64,000 nucleotides of DNA. It comes from Candidatus Tayloriibacteriota bacterium. Its GTDB lineage: Bacteria; Patescibacteriota; Minisyncoccia; Phycocordibacterales; PALSA-1337. The stretch's first letter is position 1, and every line of letters begins with the position of its first letter. A program made the position numbers and the translations under genes. This document shows, in pieces, positions 1-10,156 of the stretch. The DNA is taken from assembly GCA_028286665.1 (NCBI GenBank), contig JAQBRD010000012.1, positions 841 through 64,840 on the forward strand, in the 5' to 3' direction. Below the pieces are notes generated by a model. It was not told the origin of the DNA. It did not search any database and saw only the letters and a program-made list of their open reading frames with translations.

Positions 1-1009
1 TCTCTCGAGCTACATCATCTTCTTCTCGCTTCTCGCATATGTGCATACGATCGCTGGGAAGAAAGCGCTTCTCCCGAAGCTTGAGAACAGCCAATCGCAT
101 GCCGCAGTCTTCGACCCGGTCATCGTCGGATACGTCTGCGTTCCAGTCATCGTGATCCTGCTCGGCGCCTCGATCTATTTCATCAATGTGAAGAGCCTCA
201 AAGCGAATTTCACGCTCATCACTTCCATGATATCCTGCCGCGATCGGAGATATGACGAGGCGAGCGCGCAATTCAAGAAAGCTCTCGCGTACGGCACGTA
301 TGACGGACGCTCGGAGATCCGCGAGCAGCTGCTGAGCTGCACGACCAACGTGATAGGCGATCCGAAGGCATCCAACGAATTGAAGGGCGTCTGGTTCAAT
401 GATGCGATGGCTGCAATGAAAGCGCAGATCGCTGAAACCCCGGCAGATCCGAGGCCGTACATGATCACCGGATCATTCCTCAATTCGATCGGCCGCTATG
501 AGGAATCTATTCCGTATCTCGAGCAGGGCTTGAAGACTGCTCCAGGAAAGCAGCAGATGATGCTTTTGCTCTCGCTCGATTACCTGAATTTGAAGCAGAC
601 GGACAAGGCTATCGCGCTTCTCAAAGACGCGTACGACATCACTCCGAACAATGAGCAGATCAAGCTCGCGTATGCAGCAGGCCTCATCTTCGCAGGAAAG
701 AAAGCTGAAGCCGATGCGATCTTCGGAGCGACATCGACGATCATGACGAACGATCAGGTCATCTCCGCATATCAGCAGCGAAAGGAATACGGATATGTCA
801 TCGATGCATACCGTGCCCGCGCAGCTCGGACTCCGGACGATGTTCAGGCGGCCATCGTTCCCGGAATCATCTATTTCAAGATGGGGGACAAGTCTTCGGC
901 GATCCGCGAATTCCGCCAAGTCGCAATCGCATTTCCGAAATACGCCAAAGAATTCAGCCAGATCATCAATGAAATCCAAGCCGGCAGGGATCCTTTCGTG
1001 CAGAAGTAG
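1..1009 (+). CDS. C-terminal part of a membrane protein with TPR repeats (probably O-antigen ligase-like + TPR), 5' end off window
   Basis: TM helix followed by TPR-like helices (GRYEESIPYLEQGLKTAP, KQTDKAIALLKDAYDITP); the frame is open upstream of the listed GTG. Confidence 0.65.
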   Translation, partial: LSSYIIFFSLLAYVHTIAGKKALLPKLENSQSHAAVFDPVIVGYVCVPVIVILLGASIYFINVKSLKANFTLITSMISCRDRRYDEASAQFKKALAYGTYDGRSEIREQLLSCTTNVIGDPKASNELKGVWFNDAMAAMKAQIAETPADPRPYMITGSFLNSIGRYEESIPYLEQGLKTAPGKQQMMLLLSLDYLNLKQTDKAIALLKDAYDITPNNEQIKLAYAAGLIFAGKKAEADAIFGATSTIMTNDQVISAYQQRKEYGYVIDAYRARAARTPDDVQAAIVPGIIYFKMGDKSSAIREFRQVAIAFPKYAKEFSQIINEIQAGRDPFVQK

Positions 1010-1022
1010 CAGGGGGGGCAGG

Positions 1023-1051
1023 TTGCCCTTGCACCGAAGCGGCGCTATACT
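1023..1051 (+). promoter_or_regulatory. sigma70-type promoter for small RNA 1
   Basis: TTGCCC-17 nt-TATACT. Confidence 0.55.
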
Positions 1052-1057
1052 GAAGAA

Positions 1058-1160
1058 GTGTGAGTATTAACACGGCTAAATCTTCCAAGATTTTCACCGA
1101 GAAATGTTAGTCTTCCAAAATAAATGTCTACATGAAATCCTGCCTCGGCGGGATTTTGTG
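1058..1160 (+). ncRNA. candidate small RNA 1 (about 100 nt)
   Basis: Promoter upstream, no plausible ORF, ends in hairpin AAATCCTGCC-TC-GGCGGGATTT + T-rich tail; complementary to 1201-1239. Confidence 0.5.
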
Positions 1161-1173
1161 TTATAATGCGCGA

Positions 1174-1264
1174 GGTTGTTCCAAGCGATGGCGGCGGCTG
1201 TACTCACATTTTAATTTAGACATTATATTGGAGCTAACACCCGTCGCCATCAGTTGGCGCAATC
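1174..1264 (+). ncRNA. candidate structured RNA 2 / murB 5' leader
   Basis: Extended -10 TGnTATAAT at 1159-1167; stem GATGGCGGCGG/CCGTCGCCATC plus outer GGTTG..CCAA/TTGG..CAATC closing a loop of about 43 nt. Confidence 0.5.
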
Positions 1265-1275
1265 ATATTCCTGCC

Positions 1276-2400
1276 ATGATAAATATCCAGAACAACATCT
1301 CGCTTCGAGAATATACGACATTCAGAGTGGGAGGGCCCGCTCGTTTTTTTGCATGCGTGAAATCGGTCGATGAATTGAAGGAGGCCGTCGCTTGGGCGAA
1401 AGGGCAGCGGGGCAGCGATGGCGACGCGCTGCAGATCTTTGTTCTCGGCGGCGGTTCGAATATCGTCGTCTCGGATGCAGGGTTCGGCGGACTCGTGATC
1501 AAGAATGAGATTCCAGGCATGGAGTTCTCAGATGAAACGGCAGGCATAGTCATGGCGACTGTCGGCGCAGGAGAAAATTGGGACTCATTCGTCGCGAAGA
1601 GCGTCGAGCTCGGACTTTCAGGAATCGAGAATCTTTCGTTCATTCCCGGAACCGTAGGCGGAGGCGCGGTCCAGAATATCGGCGCGTACGGCGTCGAAGT
1701 GCAGGGCGCCGTCGATTCGGTCGAAGTTCTCGATGTCGCTCGGAATGAGATCGTCGATTTCGCAGCTGCTGACTGCGGATTCGAATACCGCGACAGCATG
1801 TTCAAGAAGAATCCGGGCGAATTCATCCTCACCAGGATCCATTTCAATCTCAAGAAATTCGATCCAGCATATGCTGCCGTGAATGTTTCATACAGAGATC
1901 TCAAGGAATATTTTTCAAAGATACCGGAAAAGTCCGCAGCTCCCGAATCGATCACTCCGGCCGATGTCCGCGAGGCAGTCATCGACATCCGCAAGCGCAA
2001 GCTTCCGGATTGGACGAAGCTCGGCACCGCCGGATCTTTCTTCAAGAATCCCGTAATCACCGAAGCAAAATTCGTCGAACTCAAGGCTGCATATCCTGAT
2101 CTTCCATCGTTCCCGGCAGGGAAGGCGACAAGTGAAGTCGTTCAGGGCTTCGTGAAAGTCCCGCTCGCATGGATCCTCGACAATGTCTGCGGCTACCGGG
2201 GAAAGATACACTCCGGCGCGATCGGCGTGTATCAGAATCAGGCGCTTGTCATTGTCAACGATTATCTTTCGGCAGGAAACGAAGCGGACAAAGCGGCAGG
2301 CACTGCGGAGCAGATCAAATCGCTTGCCGCTGAAATGGCTCAGTCCGTTCGTGAAAAGACCGGCATCGATATCGCGCCGGAGGTGCAGTATATCGGCTGA
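1276..2400 (+). CDS. murB: UDP-N-acetylenolpyruvoylglucosamine reductase
   Basis: TTFRVGGPA, LGGGSN, IPGTVGG, YRDSMFK, GTAGSFFKNP, PEVQYIG motifs. Confidence 0.96.
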   Translation: MINIQNNISLREYTTFRVGGPARFFACVKSVDELKEAVAWAKGQRGSDGDALQIFVLGGGSNIVVSDAGFGGLVIKNEIPGMEFSDETAGIVMATVGAGENWDSFVAKSVELGLSGIENLSFIPGTVGGGAVQNIGAYGVEVQGAVDSVEVLDVARNEIVDFAAADCGFEYRDSMFKKNPGEFILTRIHFNLKKFDPAYAAVNVSYRDLKEYFSKIPEKSAAPESITPADVREAVIDIRKRKLPDWTKLGTAGSFFKNPVITEAKFVELKAAYPDLPSFPAGKATSEVVQGFVKVPLAWILDNVCGYRGKIHSGAIGVYQNQALVIVNDYLSAGNEADKAAGTAEQIKSLAAEMAQSVREKTGIDIAPEVQYIG

Positions 2401-2469
2401 TATGCTATAGTGGTTTTCTGTAAAAGTCGGCTTTTTTCCGTTAATTCCAACATCACTTTTCTACCAAAT

Positions 2470-4986
2470 ATGGCATTTTCACTCAAAACTATCTTCGGAG
2501 ATCCGAACAAGAAGAATCTCAAGAAATACGAATCGCTCCCGGCTCAGGTGAACGCGCTCGAGTCGATCGTTTCGGCGTTGTCCGATCAGGATCTGAAGGG
2601 AAAGACTGCGACTTTCAAGAGGCGTCTCTCTGAAGCAAAAAATCTTGAAGATGAAAAGAAGGTCCTTGCCGAAATCCTCCCTGAGGCTTTCGCAGTCGTT
2701 CGCGAAGCGGCGAAGCGAACGCTCGGACAGCGGCATTTCGACGTGCAGCTCATCGGAGGCGCGATCCTTCATAACGGCAATATCGCCGAGATGCGAACCG
2801 GAGAAGGAAAGACGCTCGTCGCGACGCTTCCGGTGTATCTGAATGCGCTCACCGGCAAGGGCGTGCATGTCATCACGGTCAACGATTATCTCTCTCGACG
2901 AGACGCTGTCTGGATGGGCCAGATCTACAATTTTCTCGGAATTTCTACTGCAGTCATCAATCACGACAGCTCGTATGTCTATGATCCGGAGCATAAGGCT
3001 GCGGTTGCTGCCGCTGCTCCTGCGAAAGAGGGCGATGAGCTCGACAAGGTCCGCGATCTGACCGGCTCATTCCATGTCGTCCATGAATTCCTGAGGCCGG
3101 TAAGCCGACGAGACGCATATCTCGCAGACATTACCTATGGAACGAACAACGAGTTCGGCTTCGACTATCTCCGAGACAATCTCGAATACAATTCCGCGAA
3201 CATCCGCCAGCGCGAATTCAACTATGCTGTTGTCGACGAAATCGACTCGATTCTCATCGATGAAGCTCGAACGCCGCTCATCATTTCATCTCCTACCACT
3301 GATTCGGAAAATCTCTATCAGCAGTTCGCCGAGATGGCCCGCGGCTTCATCGCGGAAGAGGATTTCACCGTCGATGAGAAGCGAAAGCAGATCTCGCTCA
3401 CCGACAAAGGCATCGAGAAGGCGGAGAAGATCCTCAACGTTGGAAATATCTATACCGACAAAGGCATCAAATACGTGCACCATCTCGAGACTGCGGTCCG
3501 AGCGAAGGCCCTTTTCAATCTCAATAAGGAATACGTCATAAAGGAAGGACAGATCGTCATCGTCGACGAATTCACCGGACGACTGCAGCCGGGACGACGC
3601 TGGTCAGAAGGCCTCCATCAGGCAATCGAAGCGAAGGAAGGCGTGCCTGTTCAGAAGGAATCTCGCACATTCGCATCGATCACGTTCCAGAACTATTTCA
3701 GACTTTACCGGAAGCTTTCCGGAATGACAGGTACCGCGGTCACATCAGCTGAGGAATTCTATAAGGTATACGGCCTCGAAACCATCACGGTTCCGACGCA
3801 TCACGCAGTCCAGCGAATCGACCGCAATGACCTCATCTTCCAGACAGAGAAGGGCAAATACAAGGCTGTTGCCCGCAAGGTGAAAGAACTCAACAAGAAA
3901 GGCCAGCCGGTGCTCGTCGGTACGGTCTCGATCGAAAAGAACGAAGTGCTCTCGCAATTCCTCAAGGCAGAAGGCGTTCCTCATGAAGTCTTGAACGCGA
4001 AGAACCATGAACGCGAAGGAGAGATCATCGCTCAGGCAGGAAAGAAAGGCGCAGTCACCATCGCTACCAACATGGCAGGACGCGGAGTCGACATCAAGCT
4101 CGGCGGAAATCCAGGCTCGAAGGATCTCTATGAGGAAGTGAAATCGGTCGGCGGACTTTTCGTCCTCGGCACCGAACGCCATGATGCGCGACGCATCGAC
4201 AACCAGCTCCGCGGACGAGCCGGACGACAGGGAGATCCGGGCGAGACGCAGTTCTTCGTATCGCTCGACGACTCGCTCATGCGCATCTTCGCAGGAGACA
4301 CGATCAAGAATCTCATGGGACGCCTCGGCGTCGCAGAAGATGAGCCGATCGAGAACCGCATCATCACGCGATCGCTCGAAAGCGCGCAGTCGAAGATCGA
4401 AGGCCTCAACTTCGATTCGCGAAAGCATGTGCTCGAATACGACGACGTCCTCAACCACCAGCGAAAGACCGTCTACGAACGACGACGCAAGATCGTCATG
4501 GGCACGATCGACGAAGTCGCGGCGAAGCTTGATGAAGTGGTCGCATTGGCGGATGCCGATACGAAGGCTCTCATCGAGAAATCCATCGCTGACAAGATCG
4601 CGCAGCTCGGCCGCGACGTCTTCTACGGCGTAGCTCGCCAGGTCATGCTCCAGACGATCGACATGTTCTGGGTTGAACACCTCGAAGTCATGGATTACAC
4701 CCGATCAAGCGTCAATCTCCGTGCCTACGGCCAGCGCGATCCGCTTGTCGAATACAAGAAAGAGGGCCTCCGCCTCTTCAAGGAAATGAATGAAGCCGTG
4801 AACGGCCAGATCCTCGGCCTGATCCAGCATGTCGGCGCGCAAGTCGCGGCACCTCAGCAGGTGGAGCTCAAGGAAGTCCACGAAGGAGCAGCGAAAGCTA
4901 TCGAATCGAGCAATGCAGCCGGCGGCGATGGCGAAGCGGCAGGCAATCGCCACGCTCGACGCGCGATGAAGAAGGCGCAAAAATAA
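2470..4986 (+). CDS. secA: preprotein translocase ATPase SecA (no C-terminal SEC-C motif)
   Basis: MRTGEGKT, VDEIDSILIDEARTPLIIS, TNMAGRG, DNQLRGRAGRQGDPG. Confidence 0.98.
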   Translation: MAFSLKTIFGDPNKKNLKKYESLPAQVNALESIVSALSDQDLKGKTATFKRRLSEAKNLEDEKKVLAEILPEAFAVVREAAKRTLGQRHFDVQLIGGAILHNGNIAEMRTGEGKTLVATLPVYLNALTGKGVHVITVNDYLSRRDAVWMGQIYNFLGISTAVINHDSSYVYDPEHKAAVAAAAPAKEGDELDKVRDLTGSFHVVHEFLRPVSRRDAYLADITYGTNNEFGFDYLRDNLEYNSANIRQREFNYAVVDEIDSILIDEARTPLIISSPTTDSENLYQQFAEMARGFIAEEDFTVDEKRKQISLTDKGIEKAEKILNVGNIYTDKGIKYVHHLETAVRAKALFNLNKEYVIKEGQIVIVDEFTGRLQPGRRWSEGLHQAIEAKEGVPVQKESRTFASITFQNYFRLYRKLSGMTGTAVTSAEEFYKVYGLETITVPTHHAVQRIDRNDLIFQTEKGKYKAVARKVKELNKKGQPVLVGTVSIEKNEVLSQFLKAEGVPHEVLNAKNHEREGEIIAQAGKKGAVTIATNMAGRGVDIKLGGNPGSKDLYEEVKSVGGLFVLGTERHDARRIDNQLRGRAGRQGDPGETQFFVSLDDSLMRIFAGDTIKNLMGRLGVAEDEPIENRIITRSLESAQSKIEGLNFDSRKHVLEYDDVLNHQRKTVYERRRKIVMGTIDEVAAKLDEVVALADADTKALIEKSIADKIAQLGRDVFYGVARQVMLQTIDMFWVEHLEVMDYTRSSVNLRAYGQRDPLVEYKKEGLRLFKEMNEAVNGQILGLIQHVGAQVAAPQQVELKEVHEGAAKAIESSNAAGGDGEAAGNRHARRAMKKAQK

Positions 4987-5009
4987 TCCGAAAAAGGTAC
5001 AATGAAGGG

Positions 5010-6221
5010 ATGAAGAAAACAGCACTGTTCCTCATTCCTTTTTTGTTTTTCATGATCGCGATTTCGCAATCGGTTCCTTTGCGCGCGGATGCGCAGGCTT
5101 CGAAAGCTTCCGAGGTCGCGCTCCTTCAGGATACGGTAACTACGGTGAAAGCGAAGGTCGTCAGCATCGAAAGCGAAGAAGTGAGGGCGGTGCCGGGCAC
5201 CGACATCACGAGCAATTATCAGACGATCAAAGTCCGAATTCTCGAGGGCGCAGAAAAGGACAAGACGATCACTGTCGCCAACGATTACCTGAGCCTGAAG
5301 AAAGGCGAGACTTTCTATCTGACGATCACTATCCGCGGAGAAGACGGCAGGGAAATGTATGCGGTTTCAGAGCCATACCGTCTACCTGCGGTACTTTTTT
5401 TCGTGGGGCTTTTCATCGCGCTCGTCATCATCTTCGGCGGCATCCAGGGAATCAGAGGACTGCTCAGCCTTGCTGGCAGCCTCATCCTCATCATCTATGT
5501 CCTATTGCCCGGAGTGCTGCACGGATATTCGCCGGTGCTCGTCAGTCTCGGTGTCGCTGCGCTCATCATCATCGTCGGCTCGTACATAACGCACGGTTTC
5601 AATAAGACGACATCTGCCGCAGTCATCGGCATGATCGTCACGATCGCGTTCACTGGCGTGCTCGCATATGCCGCGGTGCACTGGAGCAGGCTTTCCGGCT
5701 TCAGCAATGAGGAGGCAGTTTACTTGAATCTCGATACTCGAGGCTCGATCGATTTCGTCGGACTGCTGCTTGGCGGGATCCTCATCGGATTGCTCGGCGT
5801 GCTGTACGATGTGGCGATCGGCCAGGCGATCTCCGTCGAAGAATTGAATCGGGTCGCGCCGCATCTGCCGCGAAGCGTCATATTCAAGCGATCGATCCGC
5901 ATCGGCAGGGAACATATCGGCGCGCTCGTGAATACGCTCGCGATCGCGTATGTCGGCGTATCGCTGCCGCTCCTGCTGCTCTACATGAAGTCGTCCGACA
6001 GTTCGATCGCGCTCACGCTCAATCGCGAGCTGTTCGCGACCGAAATCATCCGCACGATGATCGGCAGCATCGGCCTCGTTCTCGCGGTGCCGATCACGAC
6101 GCTCATCGCGGTGTGGATGCTCATGAAGCGAGAGAACGACGCATCCGAGGAAGATTCTGTTTCAGCTGAAAAGATCGCGAAGGAACAGGAGGCGATCGAG
6201 CACGTCGGCCATAGCCACTAG
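5010..6221 (+). CDS. YibE/F family membrane protein
   Basis: Signal peptide, multiple TMs, GVLYDVAIGQA and IGALVNTLAIAYVGVSLPLLL motifs. Confidence 0.88.
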   Translation: MKKTALFLIPFLFFMIAISQSVPLRADAQASKASEVALLQDTVTTVKAKVVSIESEEVRAVPGTDITSNYQTIKVRILEGAEKDKTITVANDYLSLKKGETFYLTITIRGEDGREMYAVSEPYRLPAVLFFVGLFIALVIIFGGIQGIRGLLSLAGSLILIIYVLLPGVLHGYSPVLVSLGVAALIIIVGSYITHGFNKTTSAAVIGMIVTIAFTGVLAYAAVHWSRLSGFSNEEAVYLNLDTRGSIDFVGLLLGGILIGLLGVLYDVAIGQAISVEELNRVAPHLPRSVIFKRSIRIGREHIGALVNTLAIAYVGVSLPLLLLYMKSSDSSIALTLNRELFATEIIRTMIGSIGLVLAVPITTLIAVWMLMKRENDASEEDSVSAEKIAKEQEAIEHVGHSH

Positions 6222-6254
6222 TCCTGCATTCGAGGTGTGCTAGAATAAGCCAAT

Positions 6255-7313
6255 ATGGAAACACGCTCCCAATATTACATGTTCGTCGGATTGCTTATCG
6301 GCGCATTCTGCCTCGCTGCGCTCGTCTTCCTGCCGTACATGACGGCGATCGTCATCGCGATCGTGCTCTCGGTCATCTTCAGGCCAGTCCATCGTCTCGT
6401 CGCGAGATTCGTCGCAAAAGGAGATCAGGGAAGCACGTGGGCAACGATCGTGTCGATCATCGTCATCGCGATCATCGTCATCACGCCGCTCACATTCCTC
6501 GCGATCAGGCTCTATACTGAAACAGGAACGCTCTATCTGAGCCTCACTGACGAAGGCGAACGCGCGCACATCATCTCATCTCTCAACAAGGGCCTCAGCG
6601 GCATCGCGCACACCTTCGATGTCACTCCGACATTCAATTTCGATTCGTTCAACGTGACCGAATACATCCAGAGCTTCTTCGATTGGCTGCTGTCGAACAT
6701 GGACACGGTCTTCTCGAGCGCTGCGAAGATCGGCTTGAATATCTTCGTCATCCTCCTCGCGCTCTTCTATCTGCTCCGCGACGGCAATGCGCTCCGCAAG
6801 CAGCTCATCCTCTTCAGTCCGCTCAAGGACGATCATGAGTCCCAGATTCTTGATAAGCTCAAGCAGGCGATCCATTCGGTCGTCTCCGGCAGCATCGTCG
6901 TCTCCATCATGCAGGGAATCCTTTCGGGCATCGGCTTCTCGATATTCGGAGTGCCGAACCCTGTGCTCTGGGGAACGATCGCGATGATCGCCGCTTTCAT
7001 TCCAGGCATCGGCACCTCGCTCGTCATGATTCCTGCGATCCTCTATCTCTTCGTCATGTCGACGCATCTGCACGCGCTCGGCATGCTTATCTGGGCGATA
7101 CTCGCAGTCGGTCTCGTGGACAACCTGCTTTCGAGCTTCCTCATAAATAGGAAGGTGCGAATCCATCCGTTCCTCATCCTGCTCTCGGTGCTCGGAGGCC
7201 TTTCGTTCTTCGGACCGGTCGGTTTCATCCTCGGCCCGCTCATACTCGCGTTCCTATTCGCCTTGATTGAAATATACAAGACGAATCATTCGGCACCATC
7301 GCATAATAGCTAA
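6255..7313 (+). CDS. AI-2E family transporter
   Basis: FYLLRDG, IPGIGT, VDNLL, IHPFLILLSVLGG..FGPVGFILGP. Confidence 0.92.
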   Translation: METRSQYYMFVGLLIGAFCLAALVFLPYMTAIVIAIVLSVIFRPVHRLVARFVAKGDQGSTWATIVSIIVIAIIVITPLTFLAIRLYTETGTLYLSLTDEGERAHIISSLNKGLSGIAHTFDVTPTFNFDSFNVTEYIQSFFDWLLSNMDTVFSSAAKIGLNIFVILLALFYLLRDGNALRKQLILFSPLKDDHESQILDKLKQAIHSVVSGSIVVSIMQGILSGIGFSIFGVPNPVLWGTIAMIAAFIPGIGTSLVMIPAILYLFVMSTHLHALGMLIWAILAVGLVDNLLSSFLINRKVRIHPFLILLSVLGGLSFFGPVGFILGPLILAFLFALIEIYKTNHSAPSHNS

Positions 7314-7366
7314 ATTGGCATCGTGTGTGCTAGACTCTTATTTCTTCATAATTTTCTCAAAACCAT

Positions 7367-8497
7367 ATGTCTTTCATCGACGAAATCACAATTCATGCTC
7401 GGGCAGGACGTGGCGGCGACGGCGTCGTGCTGTGGCGCCATGAGCGCGCGAAGGAATTCGCAGGAGCCGCCGGCGGCAATGGCGGAAGGGGAGGCGACGT
7501 ATACATACGGGCTGTCCGCGATCTTTCGATACTCAACAGATACCGCAACTCGAAGGAATTCGAGGGAGGCAACGGCACCGACGGCATGAGGAACAGCATG
7601 CATGGAAAGGACGGAGACGACATCACGATCGATCTTCCGATCGGTTCCATCGTGAAGGATATGCGGAATGGCCGGCTCGTCAGCCTGCTCAGTGACGGCC
7701 AGCTCATCAAGATCCTGAAGGGAGGCCGCGGAGGTCTCGGCAACGAGCATTTCAAGGCTTCGACGAATGTCACGCCGCTGCAATCGACTCCCGGAAAGGA
7801 GGGCGAAGAATCCGATTTCCATATCGAACTCGAACTCGTGGCGGACGGCGGACTCATCGGCTTGCCGAATGCGGGAAAGTCGTCGCTCCTGAATGCGCTC
7901 ACGAATGCCGATGCGAAAGTCGGCAGCTACCAATTCACCACGCTCGAACCGAACCTCGGCGCATTGCCGGGAGGCTTCATCCTCGCTGACATTCCCGGAC
8001 TCATCGAAGGCGCTTCGGAAGGCAGGGGCCTCGGCATCAAATTCCTCCGCCACGTGAAGCGCACCCGCATGCTTTTCCATCTCATTTCTCTCGAAGGCGT
8101 CGTCGATATCACCAAAAAGGCCGACAAGGTCTCGAAGTTCGACGCTGATAGCGTCGCCGAAGTATACGAGACGATCCGAGAAGAGCTCAAGAAATACAGC
8201 GACGCGCAGGCGAAGATCGCAGAGGAGAGTATCGATGGCGTGCTCGACGAGCAGGCGTCGAATCTCGATCAGAAGCCTGAGACGATCATCTTCACCAAGA
8301 CCGACGTATTCGGCACTGACAAGAAGGTCATCGCGGCAGGACTCGCAGCTGCGAAGAAATCGATCATGAAAGTCGCCAATGCCGGCAAGAAGCCTGCGAA
8401 CAAGATCAAGGAAAGCGATATCCTTTCAGTCACCATCCTCGACGATGTCTCAGTGAAAGTCCTCATGGATGAAATCGTGAAGCGGCTCCGGGCATAG
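7367..8497 (+). CDS. obgE: GTPase ObgE/CgtA
   Basis: Gly-rich Obg fold, GLPNAGKSS, FTTLEP, DIPGLIEGA, TKTD. Confidence 0.96.
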   Translation: MSFIDEITIHARAGRGGDGVVLWRHERAKEFAGAAGGNGGRGGDVYIRAVRDLSILNRYRNSKEFEGGNGTDGMRNSMHGKDGDDITIDLPIGSIVKDMRNGRLVSLLSDGQLIKILKGGRGGLGNEHFKASTNVTPLQSTPGKEGEESDFHIELELVADGGLIGLPNAGKSSLLNALTNADAKVGSYQFTTLEPNLGALPGGFILADIPGLIEGASEGRGLGIKFLRHVKRTRMLFHLISLEGVVDITKKADKVSKFDADSVAEVYETIREELKKYSDAQAKIAEESIDGVLDEQASNLDQKPETIIFTKTDVFGTDKKVIAAGLAAAKKSIMKVANAGKKPANKIKESDILSVTILDDVSVKVLMDEIVKRLRA

Positions 8498-8544
8498 CTC
8501 CTGCTCCCTTTTTTATTTGGCGAATTTGAAGTACACTAGCGAGC

Positions 8545-10080
8545 ATGAAATACGTACCGACGATCGGACTCGAAGTGCACGCTGAACTTGCGACGAAGAG
8601 CAAGATGTTCTGCGCGTGCGTCAATGATCCCGATGAGGAAAAGCCGAACGCGAATATCTGCCCGGTCTGCATGGCGCACCCGGGAACTTTGCCCGTGCTC
8701 AATCACGAGGCGATCAAGCATGTGCTCAAGATCGGCCATGCGGTGAAAGGGAACATCGCTGACTTCACCGAATGGGATCGCAAGCAGTATTTCTACCCTG
8801 ACATCCCGAAGGGCTACCAGATCAGCCAGTACAAATATCCGCTCGTCTCCGGAGGCGAGCTTGCCGGCGTGGCGCTCACGCGCATCCATCTCGAGGAAGA
8901 CACTGCGCAGTCGACGCATGATGCGCCAGGCCTGCATGTCGCAGACAAGTCGCTCGTGAATTACAATCGCGCAGGCGTGCCGCTCATGGAGCTCGTGACC
9001 GAGCCGGTCATTCATGATGCCGAGACCGCGCTCCGATTCGCGAAAGAACTGCAGCTCCTCCTCCGATGCCTCGGCTCAGGCGAAGCGAATATGGAAAAAG
9101 GCGAGATGCGAGTCGAGGTGAATATCTCGATCGCTACCCCAGAGGATACTGCTGCGCGGAAATTCGGCACGAAGACCGAGGTGAAGAACATCAATTCATT
9201 CCGTGCCGTCGAGCGCTCCATCGTCTATGAAATCGCGCGCCATACGCGCATTCTCGAAGCAGCGGAAATCGAGCGAGCAGCAGGGAAGGAGCCGATCGAA
9301 AAAATCGTTCAGGAGACTCGCGGTTGGGACGAATCGTCCCAGAAGACTTTCTCGCAGCGGGCAAAAGAAAGCGCGCATGACTATCGGTATTTTCCGGATC
9401 CTGACATCCCGAAGTTGAAGGTGAGCGAGGTCGCGGATTTTGCTCCTGCAGCGCTCACGAAAGAGATGCCCGAACTCCCATGGGAGAAGCGTGCTCGATA
9501 TAAGACCGCATACGAAATGACCGATAAGGAAGTCGCGGTGTGCGTCGAGTCTGAAATCATTTCTGAATATTTCGAAAAGACGATTGCTCCGTTCTCGTCA
9601 GACAAGAAGCTTGTGCGTCTCGCGATCAACTACATCCTTTCCGATTATGTCGGCACGCTCAAGAAGGAATTCGGCGAAGGGGAATTCGTTTCGCACATGT
9701 CGATCGTCCCGCCGGAGCAATTCGCGAAGCTCATCCAGCTCATCGGATCCGGCAAAGTGAATTCGCGCGGAGGAAAGGATACGCTCTCGATCATGTATGC
9801 CGAAGGGAAGGTTGCGATCGCGGCTGCGGCTTCCGGCGCTCCGGTTTCATTCGTCGATCCCGAAATGCTCGCCGAGAAGAACGGCTTCATACAGAAAAAT
9901 GACGAAGGCGAAATCAAAAAGATCGCTGAAGCTATCGTCGCGGCGAATCCCGCGGTAGCTGCCGATTACAAAGCCGGAAAAGCCGCCGCTCTCCAGTTCT
10001 TCATCGGCCAAGGCATGAAGGCGACGAAGGGAAGCGCCAACCCAGAACTCCTGAAGACCATTTTCATGTCAATTCTCTAA
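8545..10080 (+). CDS. gatB: Asp/Glu-tRNA amidotransferase subunit B
   Basis: IGLEVHAEL, YFYPDIPKGYQISQ, EVKNINSF, DYRYFPDPD. Confidence 0.97.
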   Translation: MKYVPTIGLEVHAELATKSKMFCACVNDPDEEKPNANICPVCMAHPGTLPVLNHEAIKHVLKIGHAVKGNIADFTEWDRKQYFYPDIPKGYQISQYKYPLVSGGELAGVALTRIHLEEDTAQSTHDAPGLHVADKSLVNYNRAGVPLMELVTEPVIHDAETALRFAKELQLLLRCLGSGEANMEKGEMRVEVNISIATPEDTAARKFGTKTEVKNINSFRAVERSIVYEIARHTRILEAAEIERAAGKEPIEKIVQETRGWDESSQKTFSQRAKESAHDYRYFPDPDIPKLKVSEVADFAPAALTKEMPELPWEKRARYKTAYEMTDKEVAVCVESEIISEYFEKTIAPFSSDKKLVRLAINYILSDYVGTLKKEFGEGEFVSHMSIVPPEQFAKLIQLIGSGKVNSRGGKDTLSIMYAEGKVAIAAAASGAPVSFVDPEMLAEKNGFIQKNDEGEIKKIAEAIVAANPAVAADYKAGKAAALQFFIGQGMKATKGSANPELLKTIFMSIL

Positions 10081-10156
10081 AATCTGCTTATTTTGCTTCA
10101 TTTATCCCCACTTTTTTGCTCAAAAAAGCCGCATTTCCGTGCTAAACTACTGGGGA

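Noticed and set aside
1132-1275. N-terminal extension of MurB from the ORF track
   Set aside because: Homology starts at MINIQ (1276); the upstream part holds a terminator, a promoter and RNA structure
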